DNA of 64,000 nt, from positions 28,458,001-28,522,000 of the forward strand of contig CM060732.1 in the NCBI GenBank assembly GCA_030704615.1, given 5' to 3'. Source of the DNA: Takakia lepidozioides. Its lineage: Eukaryota > Plantae > Bryophyta. The notes beneath the pieces are model-generated. The model was not told the origin of the DNA. It worked only from the letters and a program-made list of their open reading frames with translations, and did no database searches. Positions 1-13,473 of this stretch are shown here, one piece after another (the stretch's first letter is position 1; each line of letters opens with the position of its first letter). The position numbers and the translations under genes were made by a program.

Positions 1-2286
1 CTTTGTGTCCTCCAACTCCTGCTGTAACTTGAGATTGACCTCCTCATCTACCTTGTTAGCACATTCCATGGCAATTTGAGCCTCAAACTCTTTCCTGAGT
101 TCTTCCCTCAAAGCTGCCAATTGGGTAGATGGAACATGGGATTTCATATAAGTGCCCAACAAATTAAGTGTCCTGCTTATCGAACTCATAAGCATGGTCT
201 GTTGAGGGTCATCATGGTGAACTTGTTGCTGTTCTCCTTGATCCTCCATAGTGTGATGCCTCACCAACCATTCAGGCCATTGTCCCACCAAATTCTCTTC
301 CTAAACCACCTCATCCTCCACCGGTGTTGCAGTGTCCTTATTTTCTACCCCTGATACCTCTGTCACAGGTGTGGGTATTACATGCACAGCAGGGTTTTCC
401 CTAGACAAGTGCTGCACCTCAGGAACAACTGATTCCCTTACCAAGCCAGAGTTTTCATAGAGAAGGTTACCATTCTCAATTTCGGCCACGACCTGCTCTG
501 TAGTGGGAATGTCCAAGCCTTCTCCGTCCAGAGCAATTGGGGGTTGTGTCACAACATACTCTAACTGTGGAACCTCTAAAACAACTGAGTCAACTGGTTG
601 TGGTGGCTGTGGTATCAAAGTGACTTCCTCTTTCCTCTCCGAGGGCCGTGCTTCCAATAATAACAGCTCTTTGTGCTGCTGTGCCCAATCCTACATAAGA
701 GCTTGGGAAACATTATCTTGCGGTTTTCGTGAAGCCAGTGGATCGGCCACTATAGTCATACCCCGCTTTTGTCTCTTAGACTGGTGTTGCCCTGCCAGTC
801 CACCCTCACTATGTGAAGAGCCCTGCTCTTCAATTGCAGTGATTTCTGCCTCAAACACTCCCATCTCTTTACGTTCCCGAGTATCAAGTATGCAAGAATC
901 AAGAATGATTTGGGCAATGACTGGACCAGACACAATGATCGGAGACTTAGCAGCAGTGCCATGTAACCTTTTCATCTCATCCACCAGAGCATTGTACATT
1001 AACTCCGCCCAAGCTACATCCTCTCCCCTCAAAGCTTTCAGGATCTCCTCTGTGAATGACCTGCTCAAATACTGTTGGTTCTGTTTCATGGCAAACAGAA
1101 CGTTCAATATTTGGCCAACTTCTCTGAGCCCTGGGTACTCGGCTTTGGTACAAGCGTAACCTTGAGTTTTAAAGAAACTCCCTTCTTGGAACAAATTCCC
1201 TATCTGCAATCTTGCCATGTGTTCATCCACATCCACATGACCTGATGGCAAATCGAACAATTGCTGTAGGTACTGGGGAGTAATTTCTATATCTACTCCC
1301 CTCACCGGAGTAACTCCAGTCCGAGGCTCAAAGTTCTGAAGGAATTGAATCATATATTGCCGATGATGCAAGGACCAGTTCTTGCGTAGCAGCCCCTCCA
1401 ATCGCAACTTCCTTAGCAGCTGCACTGCCTGCGGTGCTGCAATTGTTTGCTTCTGCAGTATCGTGGTGCTCTTCACCCTGATATCCTCCATTCCCCTCAC
1501 TCTCTTCATTCTAGACAAACAAAAAGGCTTTGTTTGAAACAGCTGAAGGAAAGATTGCAGGGCACAGAGCATGAAGGTATGGTTGGCACAGAATGAAACA
1601 GGTAAGTGTGTGTAAGCCTGTGGGGCTTGCAAGTATCGAGTGAGAGAAAATGTACTCTCAACTCGTCCGTCGTTGCGCCACTGTGTGAAAAGTAAAGCAA
1701 GTGTGTAATCCGTTACATCCGCCATAGCTACAAAGCTAGTGCTTTGATTGCCCCTCCCATCGAGACCTTGGCTATTCAGAGCCACCCCGACTCTTCTGCT
1801 CATAAACTTTCCTATTTCTTGTTCTTGTTTCTTGGAGGGAACCACCTGCATGTAATTCGCACTCCTGATTGGCTGTGGACTGCTTAAGTAATTTCTTAAT
1901 TCCACCCCCCTCCATGGACATTCCCACCTGGAATGTCCAGTAGGACAGCACATGTGGCATAGGTTCCCCTTTTCTGTACTCGGAAAGGGTTCCGTTACCC
2001 TTACACTGAATGCATTAATAGGCCCACAATTAGTATTAGTTGTTGTACCGGGTAGGTATTTTGACGGCCCGATTTGTCCGCATGCATAATGAGACCCACT
2101 TTTGCAGCGTGGTGTGCTTCGCCTTAGCGACCACGTGTCCGTTTCTAAACATGCCCCCGACTTCCCTTCTTCGCGTGGCATATTCTCCAAGTTTGACTTC
2201 CAAACTTCTTCTTCACTTAATGGCCATTTTTCTGACGTTAACCTGCGTCCACCTGTCACTGACCTAATGGACTGTGTAACCTGCAT
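1..2286 (-). pseudogene. Extra (3'-of-pol) ORF of Gypsy copy 1, interrupted by stops
   Basis: ORFs 691-2286 and 301-657 align with the 1212-aa ORF at 14924-18562; this copy contains a CX2CX4HX4C knuckle (CHMCCPTGHSRWEC). Confidence 0.85.
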
Positions 2287-2300
2287 GGGCTGTGTTGGGC

Positions 2301-3156
2301 TGTCGCGCGGCTTTTACTCACCCATCCCTTTGCTATCCGAGGTGGGAACTCTAAGATAGAAGAGTTGGAAATCTCTAAGCACTCAGCCCGCTCAGAATAA
2401 TCAGTCATGACCTACAGCTAGTGTATCATGGGGGTGTTTCCTATTTGTACTCCTTCCCGCATTCATGTTAGCGAGTTACCTTACTATCTGCAATTAAGTA
2501 TCAGTTTGCTTCAGAAATCTATCAAGTTCCATCCATTCATTCCACAGCTTCACTCAGGTCTCTCTACACAGTGTGAGTATGAAGTATGTAACAGATTAAT
2601 ATCTATCAAGTATCAGGCTGAAGCCATGGTGTCTCTATTCTGCTCTACATTACAACTCTACTTCTTGCATTCAGCCAATATCAATAGATCGTTTTCCTCC
2701 TACTCCGTGCTCTCCCTCTTTCTCCTCAGAGAAGCGCTCTCCGCTTCATTTCCAAGTTCTGATCCCCCCCAAAGTGATCCTCCTCCTGTCCCCGCTCCTC
2801 GCTTTATCTTCCTTTCCGTGGTTCTAACCGTTTCCCTCACTAACCGTCATCTGTGAACTAACATGTTTCATTCGCAGATGTTGTTCCCCACAGTCGTTCC
2901 CTGTCCTGCTATCCGTTCCCTATGGTTGTGACAGCTGTGTCAAGCTGTGACTGGCTATATGAAACTGTGACTGGCTGTGCGACTGTGTTGGGCTGTGTCA
3001 GGCTGTGTCGAGTTGTGACTGGCTGTGACGGCTGTGTCTGGCTGTGACAGGCTGTGTTGGACTGAGACGGGTTGTGTTGGCTGTGACGAGCTGTGTCGGC
3101 TGTGACGGGCTGTGTTGGACTGTGACTGGCTGTGTTGGCTGTGGCGGGCTGTGTAA

Positions 3157-3211
<55 letters not shown>

Positions 3212-3319
3212 GTGCGCTGCTAACACCCCTAAGGCTCCTGTTGGTCTCAGTCTGTGCAAAAATTAAGGGTACCCCACAAATCCCGTAAAAGTGCCTAAGT
3301 CCCAGACAGTCCTCTAACA
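2301..3319 (-). mobile_element. Solo LTR (1019 bp) of the same Gypsy family with 5-bp TSD
   Basis: TG...CA termini (tgtcgcg...ctaaca); TGGGC on both sides (2296-2300, 3320-3324); homologous to LTRs at 9368-10240 and 13474-14533; the equivalent site in copy 3 (~18595) is empty. Confidence 0.92.
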
Positions 3320-3490
3320 TGGGCTGTGACAGGCTGTGTGACACTATGATGGGCTGTGATAGGTTGTGTGACACTGTGATGGGCTGTGATAGGCTGTGTC
3401 ACGCTGTGATGGGCTGTGATAGGCTGTGTCCCGCTGTAATGGGTTGTGATAGGCTGTGTCACACTGTGAGGGGCTGTGATAGCTATGCGA
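3320..3490. repeat. 30-bp minisatellite (gggctgtgataggctgtgtcacgctgtgat) between integrase and the extra ORF
   Basis: Visible tandem units; same array at 18590-18860; related 10-bp ggctgtgaca-type repeats occur inside the LTRs. Confidence 0.9.
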
Positions 3491-5823
3491 ATACCTGTAC
3501 TTTCCGCCCTGGTTATATACGCTCGGCTTAGCGACAAGTGCTCCATACTCCGTTGGTATCACTGGCGCAGCCCGTGACTGTTTTTGCGTTTCAACATACA
3601 AATCGTGCTGCAATGGTTGTTCATGGATACCACTGTACCCCTTCAACTTATTGGCATTGACTCTTCCCAGCATTTCTTTGTTAATGGTTTCTAACATGGC
3701 GGTGTTATCATCATACATCTTTTGTATGACATAAGGTCCTTTCCATGGTGACTTCAGCTTAAAAGCTTTAATTTTCCCTTTCTTCTGCAACCACAGAAAC
3801 CAATCTCCCGTCTTAAAAGTCTTTAATTTACCTTCGTCAAACTGATCCTTCCTCTTCATCTGAATTCTAGTCATGTTATCAACTGCATCAGCACGTACTT
3901 CTTCCACATGGTATAATTCATGTTTCCTGACCTTAATTCAATCTTCCAATTCCATTCTCTTCCCCCATTCCGTTCTCATGGTAGGTAACAAGAATTCCAC
4001 TGGACGTAAAGCTTCCATACCATAAACTAATTGGAATGGTGTATACTTAGTGGTGACTTTGTATGAAGTCCTATATGACCACAAAGCTGTTAGCAGCTTT
4101 GTATCCCAATCCGTTCTGTTTGCATTGACTATCTTAGTCAAGATAGTTACATAGTATTTGTTGGTAGCCTCTGCCTGCCCATTACCTTGTGGGTAATACG
4201 TTGTACTCTTCCTATGGACAATCATGAACTCTTTAGTCAATAGTTCAATGGTCTCATTCATGAAGTGACTTCCCTGGTCACTGATAAATTCCAAGGGACA
4301 GCCAAATCGTGTAAGTATGTTCTCATACAGGAACCTTGCTGTGGACTTGGCTGTGTTGTCCCTCAGAGCTTTAGCTTCCACCCACTTCGTAGTATAATAA
4401 GTGGCTGTGATTATATACTTGTTCTGTGTATTCTTGGCCGGTGGGTTAATTGGTCCAAACAAGTCTAGTCCCCATTTCTGAAATGGTTCAGTAGGCATCG
4501 TAGGATGCAAAGCCATCTTCCCAGATCTCTGCAAAGGTCCTAGCCTCTTACATTCATCACAACTTTGACAATACTTGTGTACATCCTTGAACAAAGTAGG
4601 CCACCAGTAACCTGCAAGTAGTATCTTCCTACTGGTAGTCTCTTCTCCAAAATGACCTCCAGCCATTCCTTTATGAACTTCCTCCAAAACTTTATTTACT
4701 TCATGGTGGTACAAGCATCGTTTAAGTACTCCATCAGGTCCTAGCTTATACATTCTGCCCCCTACCATAGTATTTGGTAAAGCCTTGATAGCGATTCTTT
4801 TCCTCTGCTCCTTTCCATAACTAGGTGGACACTGACCATGAGTAAGGTAGTATTTGATTGGCCACTGCCAATCTAACCAGTCATCTGCACTTCCCTGCAC
4901 CTCCACTGCAAATAAACTCGCATCAGGTAATTGGTCGTCTACTCCTGTGGCGGGCTCTCCTGTTGATAGGCGTGACAAGTGATCCGCCACAAGATGCAAA
5001 CGGTCAGGCTTGTAAACAACTTCGAACTCAAACTCGTGCAAGATTATTAACCACCTTGCTATCCTTCCACTTATCAAAGGTTTGTTCACCAGATATATCA
5101 GAGCCTGGTGATCCACGTAAAACATAAACTTTCTTCCCAATAGGTAATGCCTGAATTTCTTGACTGCATAAATCATTGCCAGTGCTTCCTTTCAGTTGTG
5201 CTATAGTTCCTTTCAGCACTGTTCATCAACCTGCTAGCATCGTACACAGGTGAATCTATATTTCCTGTAACATTTTGGGCTCCCAATGCTTCTCCCGAGG
5301 CATCACAGTGAACATGAAATACTACATGCCAGTGAGGGTTAATCAGCACAGGTGTAGTTGTTACTGACAATGTAAGTTCCTCAAAAGCCTGTTGACATTC
5401 AACTGTCCATGCAAACACTGCATCTTTCTTCAGAAGCTTGCTCAATGGTGCTGCTATCTGTGCATACCGTCTGACAAATCTTCTGTAATAACTAGTTTGT
5501 CCAAGGAATCTCCTTAGACTTTTAACATTTACTGGTGGTGGAGAGGCTTTAATGGCCTCTGTCTTTCTGGGATCCACAAGTAGTCCCCTCTTACACACAA
5601 TGTGTCCCAAGAGCACCCCTGAGTTCACACAGAAAGTACACTTTTCTGGATTCAAGCCCAAACCTCTCATCCTGCATCTGGCCAAACATAACTCCAATTT
5701 ATGCAAGTGCTCATTCTTAGAGCTGTACACACTAAAATCATCCAAGAACACCGGCATGAAATCATCCAGATACTCATGAAATGATTCACTTATCACTCTC
5801 TGAAAGGTTGCTGGTGCATCCAA
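3344..5823 (-). pseudogene. Gypsy pol remnant: RT C-half, RNase H, zinc-binding domain, integrase core, GPY/F tail
   Basis: APATFQR, FLDDFSVY (RT); HCDAS, ERNYSTTE, VDHQAL, ADHLSR (RNase H); H..GHFG..C..C; WGLD, ISDQGSHF, GNGQAE (IN); WKGPY; frameshift at ~5175 and stop at 3938. Confidence 0.93.
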
Positions 5824-6914
5824 TGAAGACGTCGTTTGACCGGAAGGTCATAATCCGCAGATTTTCTAGGGCCTGGAGTAAAACAAGAATGTTCATCAGA
5901 CCCAGTACTAAGGAAAACAAAAGGACGAGTAAGAATTCAGATATAAGTAATTTTACTGACTCTTTCTGATTTGGGTTGTCCAACCCTCGTGCTAGGGAGA
6001 GAAGGAGGGAAGAGAGGTAACAGTGTGCTGCAGAGCCGCAACCACAGCCGCGTCCTCAATGGCTGACATTCTCGAGGTAGATTTCAGACCCTTGATACCT
6101 AACAGGGAGGGTGAGGATTGTAGAGTGAGGTCCACGAAATCCCATGCACATTTGTCAGGTTGGCTTCCACCTTCGACATTCAATCCTAAACAATCATGCG
6201 ACGGAACATCCTTTAAGAAGAGGGTCGTGCAATTGAAGGGAATTAGCCAAGTGCCTGGATGACGCGTCACCGTCGATGACAGAAATCTCAACAGTAGTGT
6301 GAATGTTGTCCCTCCGTTGACGAATTTCTGATATGGAGGATTCCAATGGAAGTCCCGACGAGAAGTTGGCATCGGCAGCATCTCCATGAACCTGCCCAAA
6401 CGAACTTCCATGGTCATTGTACAGACAAATGATAACCTCCACTGCACAGTGGAGGTTCTCGGATTTGAAAAAGCCCCCGCGACGAGTTTCGGAGAAGGAA
6501 TGTATCCCGGAGGATCGGGGTGGTATAGGGTGGAGAAACGCAAGGATGAGACTAGGAGATAGCAAACAATTCCATGTGAATTCACATTGAAATGGAAAGC
6601 ACAATAGACAACAATCCTTATAGAAATACAATACAACCTAGAGAAAAACCAACAAAAAATTGAGAAATTGCATCATAGACGTGGTTGATCAATGAAATCT
6701 TTATTTTGAAGCAACATATCGGAGATTTTGATAATTAGAATCATCAATATAATCCAAGAGAGGCTTAAACATGGGATCGGTGGAAACATTCTAATAAGGC
6801 TTAAGTCTTATCATCTTTTCCCTGAGATAACTGGAAACGGTGCGAGATTTCTTCATTTCAAGCAAATATTTCTAGAGAACCTTATGGAGATAGCAAGAGT
6901 TCGTCTCAACAGAT

Positions 6915-8291
6915 TCAAACGATTTTAGAATCAGACAGGATTTCAGACGGGTTCAACACACACTTTATAGCAGAATCGTCAATGAGTAGAGTGTTACTCC
7001 TATTGTACTGATCACCAAATCTTTGCCAGACCTTCAAGAACAAACTCGGTGGGTCGTATCCTGATATAAATTGAGGGTGGACAGAAGTAGGACAGGAGAT
7101 ACAATCTTCTTGATATATAACGAATGTCGGCTGAGGAAGACCCCGAAGCATAAAATCGAGGACAGGCTGCAAGTTCTTGTACATCATGTAGTTCCATATT
7201 CTTAGACGGAAATGTTTGTTCAACTTTGTCCACATCTCACGATATTTTTCCCTCATATAGACAAGTCAAAATCCAACAAGAGCTGATATCTTGTAGTCTG
7301 TCTTGACATCATGGGGACATTGTAGCTCTTCTGGTGCTTCAAGATTTTGCACAAAACTCCATTCAGGTAAAAAATTATCAAGCACAATCCTTTCGCAAGT
7401 GGAGAAACAGGTGTTGCAATTTGTCATACATCCACTTAGGTGGTAATCCAGATAAAGCATGGACAGGATTGACATTGGGAGCAACGTCCACTGGACAGTC
7501 AAGGTTCAGGAAAATCTTGAGTAGTCATCTATGTTTCAATCTGTTCCAAGGAAGTGTCAGGCAATTTTTGTTTTCTAAGTTAAACCTGCCACTGCAAATC
7601 CCATAGCAAGAGGCATTTGACCTTTGGGTCATTATACGGTCGACATCCAATGGGTTTTTCCACGTTGAATGGTATCAGCGTCTTTTCCGGATAACCGCAA
7701 CTCTTCAAGGTGCGGTTTGAGTTCATCCAGAAGAAACATGTCCTTGTATGGGTCGACGAACGCTTTATATTTTGGAAGGAAGATACCGATCGACTTTGGG
7801 TTCAAGTAAGACTTATACATATTTTCTACAGTGTCAATGAGAAGTGTATTTGATCTGTACGCTACAGTGTCGTCTACAGTGACAATGTCGTAAAAACATT
7901 TAAGATATATTGGCATTTTCGGATATTTGGGTCATTCGTCACTGAAAGTCTGTCTATGCTTCACACAGTCCTCATTGCTGAATTCCCCGACCTTGTAAAA
8001 CCTTCTTCCAAACAAAGCCAGCCCTATATCCAGGACATTTTCTAACGGTCCAGTGTTCCAAAAGTAGACCTTAAAATGTTTAAGGACCCATTTTAGGAAG
8101 TCGTCCAAACCATTTCGGACTGCAAGCTTGAATTTTCCAGCGCAGATACAAGGATGGGTTGAGGGAGGGGATCTCGGTCCATCTCGGAGGTAAACCTCAC
8201 CAAGGTAACCGACGTCAAGAACCAGGACGTAGTATCCTGGTCGACATCCATTCGGTCCCTCAGAGAGGTGATACCAATCTTGTGGGTTCAC
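6915..8291 (-). pseudogene. Two tandem FCP1/NIF (HAD-family, CTD-phosphatase-like) domains, degenerate, probably TE cargo
   Basis: Domain 1: VLVLDV...VRNGLDDFLKWVLKHFKVYFW...DC...YLK...SNTLLID...YLNP (7632-8291). Domain 2: LIIFYLNGVLCK (~7345-7383)...HFRLRIW...EDC...FLK...SNTLLIDDSAIKCVLNP (6915-7256). Catalytic DxDxT not intact. Confidence 0.7.
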
Positions 8292-8881
8292 AAATTAGAG
8301 ATAGTCGATTGGAGGGTGAATCATATCATCTTGTGGAATAACATAACAATTAATTCATTTTGAAAACTAGAAGAAGGACAAAGAAGAACATTTCTAAGAT
8401 GGTTATGAAGTGTATACCCGTTTTGGGGAGGGATTCCAAAATTGCTGCTGTGGCTGCTCGCTCTCTTTTCCTTCGCGCTGAGCAACGACCATCTCCGACT
8501 CATTTCCTCCATCTCGCAACGTCGAGTTGCAGTGGAGGTTGCTTGTATGACCGGATCAGGTGGGCTGACCCTTATTGTTAAGTCCACCTGCCTCCTCACT
8601 GTTTGAGTTCCGTTCATGGATCTATATGAGTTTTCGTAACCGTCACTCACATGTAAAGTTGAAGGAGGTGGGAATATGACGCCAAACAAAAATCAAAATA
8701 CAGATTAGCTATTGAGAAAACACAACCAGAAGACAACCAGATGCAATACACACAATTTGTTCCATTTAAAATACTTAAAGACACCATAAATCTCCAGGTG
8801 TCACTCGTTACCTACATCCACATTGACATGCTGGGAGACACTGTGAGAGTCAGTTGGGCTCTGAGTCCTGGCTCTGCCTCC

Positions 8882-9040
8882 CTGTCTTTTCCAGGAGACG
8901 GGCTTTTAGTCGGGCTCTGTCTCCACTGTCTTTTGCGGGAGACGGGCTCTTAGTCCTCGCTCTGTGTCCGCTGTCTTTTGTGGGACATGGACTCTTAGTC
9001 CTCGCTCTCTCTACCCTGTCTTTGGCGGGAGACAGGGACA
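8882..9040. repeat. ~45-bp tandem repeat (~3.5 copies) encoding SP/R-rich units in a minus-strand ORF
   Basis: ctgtcttttgcgggagacgggctcttagtcctcgctctg... repeated; translates as RARTKSPSPAKDSG-like units. Confidence 0.75.
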
Positions 9041-9367
9041 TTGGCGCCGGCTTATCTCCTTCTACAGGTTTGAACCACTCTTCAGTACTCCAAACAAGAT
9101 TCCCGCCCACCTCCCTGGAGCTGGCCTCACCACCCCTTGAGGGTGAAGCAGGATTACTCTTAGTTCTCTCCCTTGACCTTGACGAATCCCCGTCAAGAAT
9201 CACGACCTTGTGGACCGCAACGTCTTGCGTGGGGTTCTCAAGTCCATCAAGTGACTGAGTTCTGAAGTCCTGAATCACATCAAGGTGTCCAGCCTCCCAA
9301 GGGTCTGCATTGACTCCCTCGTGGCCCTCGTTGTCCTCGTTATCCTCGATGCCCTCGTCCTCCTCCC

Positions 9368-10240
9368 TATCGAACGGCTTTTACTCACCCATCCCTTCGC
9401 TATCCGAGGTGGAAACTCCAAGATAGAAGAGTTGGATATTTCTAAGCACTCAACCCGCTCAGTACAATCAGTCATGACCTACAGCTAGTGAATCATGGTT
9501 GTGCTTCCCATTTGTATTCCTTCTTGCTTTCATGTTATCAATTTACCTTATCTGATACTGACGCATCAGATTGCTTTAGTATCTACTTAATTCCAATTAA
9601 TCATGCATTCATTTCACCGCTTCACTCATGTCTCTCTACACAGTGTGCTTGTATCAAATAAGTATCAGATTATGATTTATCAGGTATCAGGCCAATGCCA
9701 TGGTGACTCTAATCTGCCCTACAGTTTCACTACAGCTTTGAATGTAACAAGCATCTACTATTCATCTCTCCTCCTTCTCCGTGCTCTCATTCTTGCTCTC
9801 CGCCTGATCCTCTCATACATGACCAAGAAGCGCTCCCCGTGAAGTGTCCCCTCTTTCCGTTGCCGCTCCCCTTATCTGCCCGCAGGCTATTCTAACCACC
9901 TAACTAATTAACCGTCATTCCTGTAGTAACACGTTCCTTCTGCGATGTCGTTCCCTCACAGTCGTTCCCTGCCAATGATAACTGTTCCCCATGTACTGTG
10001 ATAGGCTGTGTCAAGTTGTGCCAGGCTGTGACTGGCTGTGTAAGCCTGTGTCGGGTTGTCACTGGCTGTGACGGACTGTGTCGGCTGTGTCGGGCTGTGT
10101 TGGCTGTGACTAGCTGTGTAACCCCCCCTAAAGCCTGCTGCTGCCACCTGTAAGGCTCCTGTTGGTCTCAGCCTACGCAAAACTTAAGGGTACCCCACAG
10201 AACCCGTAAAAGCGTCTAAGTCCCAAGCAGCCCTCTAACA
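9368..10240 (-). mobile_element. 3' LTR of Gypsy copy 2
   Basis: Homologous to the solo LTR; ends ctaaca; adjacent polypurine tract on minus strand (plus-strand tttacccctcccctctc, 10241-10257). Confidence 0.88.
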
Positions 10241-13200
10241 TTTACCCCTCCCCCTCTCAAAAAGCCGTGTCCTCACGGTTTACTGTTTTGGATTAGCAAA
10301 CCTTTGTGAGCGAGCACCCTTCTGATGGTGAGAGTCTCGTGAAGGACTCCGTGTGCGAGCCCAAATCCTGTCACTGGTTGACAGAGATGTTTGAGCACTA
10401 CCTGGAAATGTCTGACCCCCCTTTGGCTGATAACAAGGTAACCTCTCGGGCATAGGAGATCCCCGTCGTTTCTTCTCTGCCATCTGAATTGCATAGTCCT
10501 CTGCCATGTCAAAAGAGTCCACTGAAGAAACAGTAGTATCAGAATCCACGTCTCCCCTTAGGTGTTTTAACGGCCGAACTTTAAGTGGAATCCCTTGTGG
10601 CATACAATGTTGTCCAACCATATGTGGAAGTTTAAATTGTACAACTTGTTGTAAGCGCTGGCACGCAAAATTAGTGAACGTCCTGAACTCCTTATCTGTA
10701 TAGGTAAGAGGTGTGCCAATGACTTGGGAACAGTGCAAGTATTTCCATGCCTCATGTCCATTAAAGAAAATATCCTCAGGGCCGAATTTCTGTGTTGTCA
10801 AATCGTTCCAAGCCGAATGAAACCATGAACGAAGTTGGGAATCCTTCCGCATCATAACTTTTGCATCATATAGGTACATATGAGGTGGCACTGAAGGTAA
10901 GACCCAATGATCCCCACTGGAATAACTCAGAAATCGCGATTGCATCCTTTGCTGCTCAATGTGATAACGTGCCAGAAAACAAGCAGCATAGTATAATCCA
11001 CAGCCCATGACAATACTTGATACCTCCTTGGTTTTGGTATAAATGTACCCATGTACAACTTGGAACGCAATTAATTCCTTCAACATGGTACGTGCTTCAG
11101 ACCAGTACCTCGCAAAGTGATGATCCTCAATGGGTCGATTGTTCGGAAGAACCTTAGTCTAGTTGCCACTGGCAGCCAAATGCGCATGATCTGGTAGTAA
11201 TGAGCCAACGACTGCGGAGGACTAAATTCCTTCCAAGCCAAATCCAACACAATGGGAATTTGGTTGAAGGGCATAATCATAGCCCGACTGTACTCTCGTG
11301 CAGCAGGAGTCTTAGGTGGGTTAAAAGCAGCATCCCCCATACCTCAGGCTGTGGTGTGGCTGTAGTAACAACAGGGTCAGCTACCTGCACAGTCACTTGT
11401 TGTGGTATTGGTACCACTGGCCCTTCTACCACTGGCATCTCCTGCACCCCTTGCGAAGAAGACTGAAAAATTAGAGTTCTGGCCTGTAAATAAGTAGCCA
11501 TCAGCTGCTCCTCAGGTACAAAGACTCTCTTGTCAATATTTGAACTCAGGTCATCCACCTGAGTCTGCAGGCCTTCTACATCCTCCTGTAGCTCCGCTAT
11601 CCTACTATAGACATTGTCTATAGTAGTTGTGGCAATGTTCTGCACCTGCAGTCTGAGCTCATTCATCTCGCCCTGGGTGAGCTTCCGTGGTGCTTTGCCT
11701 TCCACCGGCCCTTGTGCTAACCAGACCTGCATAAGGTGGTTATCCACCAAGTCGTGTGTGGCACCCCTGAGAGTCTGCTCCTCTGTGAGCCTGTACACAT
11801 CTAACTGCTGCTGTAAAGCCTCCATGCGCTTCGCATGAGGTTCAACCAAACTCGCATAGGCAGCAGCCAGATTATTGGCTTCCTTCCAAGCCTTGTTAGC
11901 CACAGAGAGTTCATTTCTATTTACCATGACTGTTTGTTGCAACTCCAGGATGTACCTCTCCTGGTCAGCCTCAACCTGTCTGTATTGCTTGAAAGTATTC
12001 TCATTGCGACAGATTGTATTCTTCATATCAACAATGAGTTTCGCCTGCTCGATTATCTCTGCCTCTGCCTTCATACATCTCTCCCTTGTCTGTTAACTTC
12101 TAATGCAGTTTGCTCAAGAGTAGTTGTGAGTGTAGCACATTGTATGGTCATCCTCTCATGTACTGCCTGCAACTCTGTATGTAGTGCATTCACTTCTTGC
12201 AACTTGCCCTCATGCTTCACCTGCATTTGGTATAACTGTTGTTTATGTGCTTCGTACAACTGGTCCTGCGCGAGGCCTGCTTCAATCAAATGTCCCTTGG
12301 CCAACTGCAAAGCAGCCTGTGTCCTCTAACTCTTGCTGTAACTTGAGATTGACCTCCTCATCGACCTTGTTTGCATACTCAGTGGCAAGTCGAGCCTCAA
12401 ACTCCTTCCTGAGTTCCTCCCTCAAAGCTGCCAATTGGGTAGATGGAACATGGGATTTCACATAAGTGCCCAACAAATTAAGTGTTCTGCTTATGGAACT
12501 CATAAGCATGGCCTGCTGAGGGTCATCATGGTGAGCTTGCTGCTGTTCTCCCTGATCCTCGATAGTGTGATGCCTCACCAACCATTCAGGCCATTGCCCC
12601 ACCAGATTTTCTTCCTGAACCACCTCATCCGCCACAGGTGCTGCAGTGTCCTGATATGCTACCCTTGGTACCTCCATCACAGGTGTGGGTATTACATGCA
12701 CAGCAGGGTTTTCCCTAGACAACCGCTGCACCTCTGGAACCACTGATTCCCCTACCAAGCCAGAGTTTTCATAGAGAAGGTCACCCTTCTCAATTTTGGC
12801 CACGACCTGCTCTGTAGTGGGAATGTCCAACCTTTCTCCTTCCAGAGCAATTGGGGGTGATGTCACAGCATGTACTAACTGTGGAACCTCTAAAACAACT
12901 GAGTCAACTGGTTGTGGTGGCTGTGGTATCGAAGTGACTTCCTCTTCCCTCTCCGAGGGCCGTGCTTCCAATAATAACTGCTCTCTCCTGATGTGCCCCA
13001 TCCTGCACAAGAGCTTGGGAAACATCATCGTGTGGTTTCCGTGAAGCCAGTGGATCCGCCACTACAGTTATACCCCGCCTCTATCTCTTAGACTGGTGTT
13101 GCCCTGCCAGTCCATCCTCACTATGTGAAAGAGCCCTGCTCTTCAATTGCAGTGGTTTCTGCCTCAAACATTCCCATCTCCTTACGTTCCCGAGTATCAA

Positions 13201-13473
13201 GTATGCAAGAATCAAGAATTATTTGGGCAATGACTGGACCAGACACAATGATCGGAGACTTAGCAGCAGTGCCCTGTAACCTCTTCATCTTGTCCACTAG
13301 TCCATTGTACATCAACTCCGCCCAAGCGACATCCTCTCCCCTCAAAGCTTTCAGGATCTCCTCTGTGAATGACTTGCTCAAATATTGTTGGTTCTGTTTC
13401 ATGGCAAACAGAACGTTCAATATTTGGCCAACTTCCCTAAGCCCTGGGTACTCGGCTTTGGTACAAGCGTAAC
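10241..13473 (-). pseudogene. Gypsy copy 2 internal region: fragmented extra ORF, cut at 13473 by copy 3
   Basis: ORFs 13121-13420, 12282-13028, 12071-12310, 11277-12074, 11080-11340 and 10280-11086 tile the 1212-aa ORF and supply its true C-terminus. Confidence 0.88.

Larger units (their letters stand above)
1..5823 (-). mobile_element. Ty3/Gypsy (Athila-like, non-chromovirus) LTR retrotransposon internal region, copy 1; truncated in RT at ~5823 and running off the window on the left
   Basis: RT-RNaseH-integrase at 3344-5823 followed in the same orientation by the extra ORF; colinear with copies at 10241-13473 and 14534-19338. Confidence 0.9.

Noticed and set aside
2909-3546. Poly-Gly and repeat-peptide ORFs
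   Set aside because: Artefacts of the poly-C run and 10/30-bp repeats.
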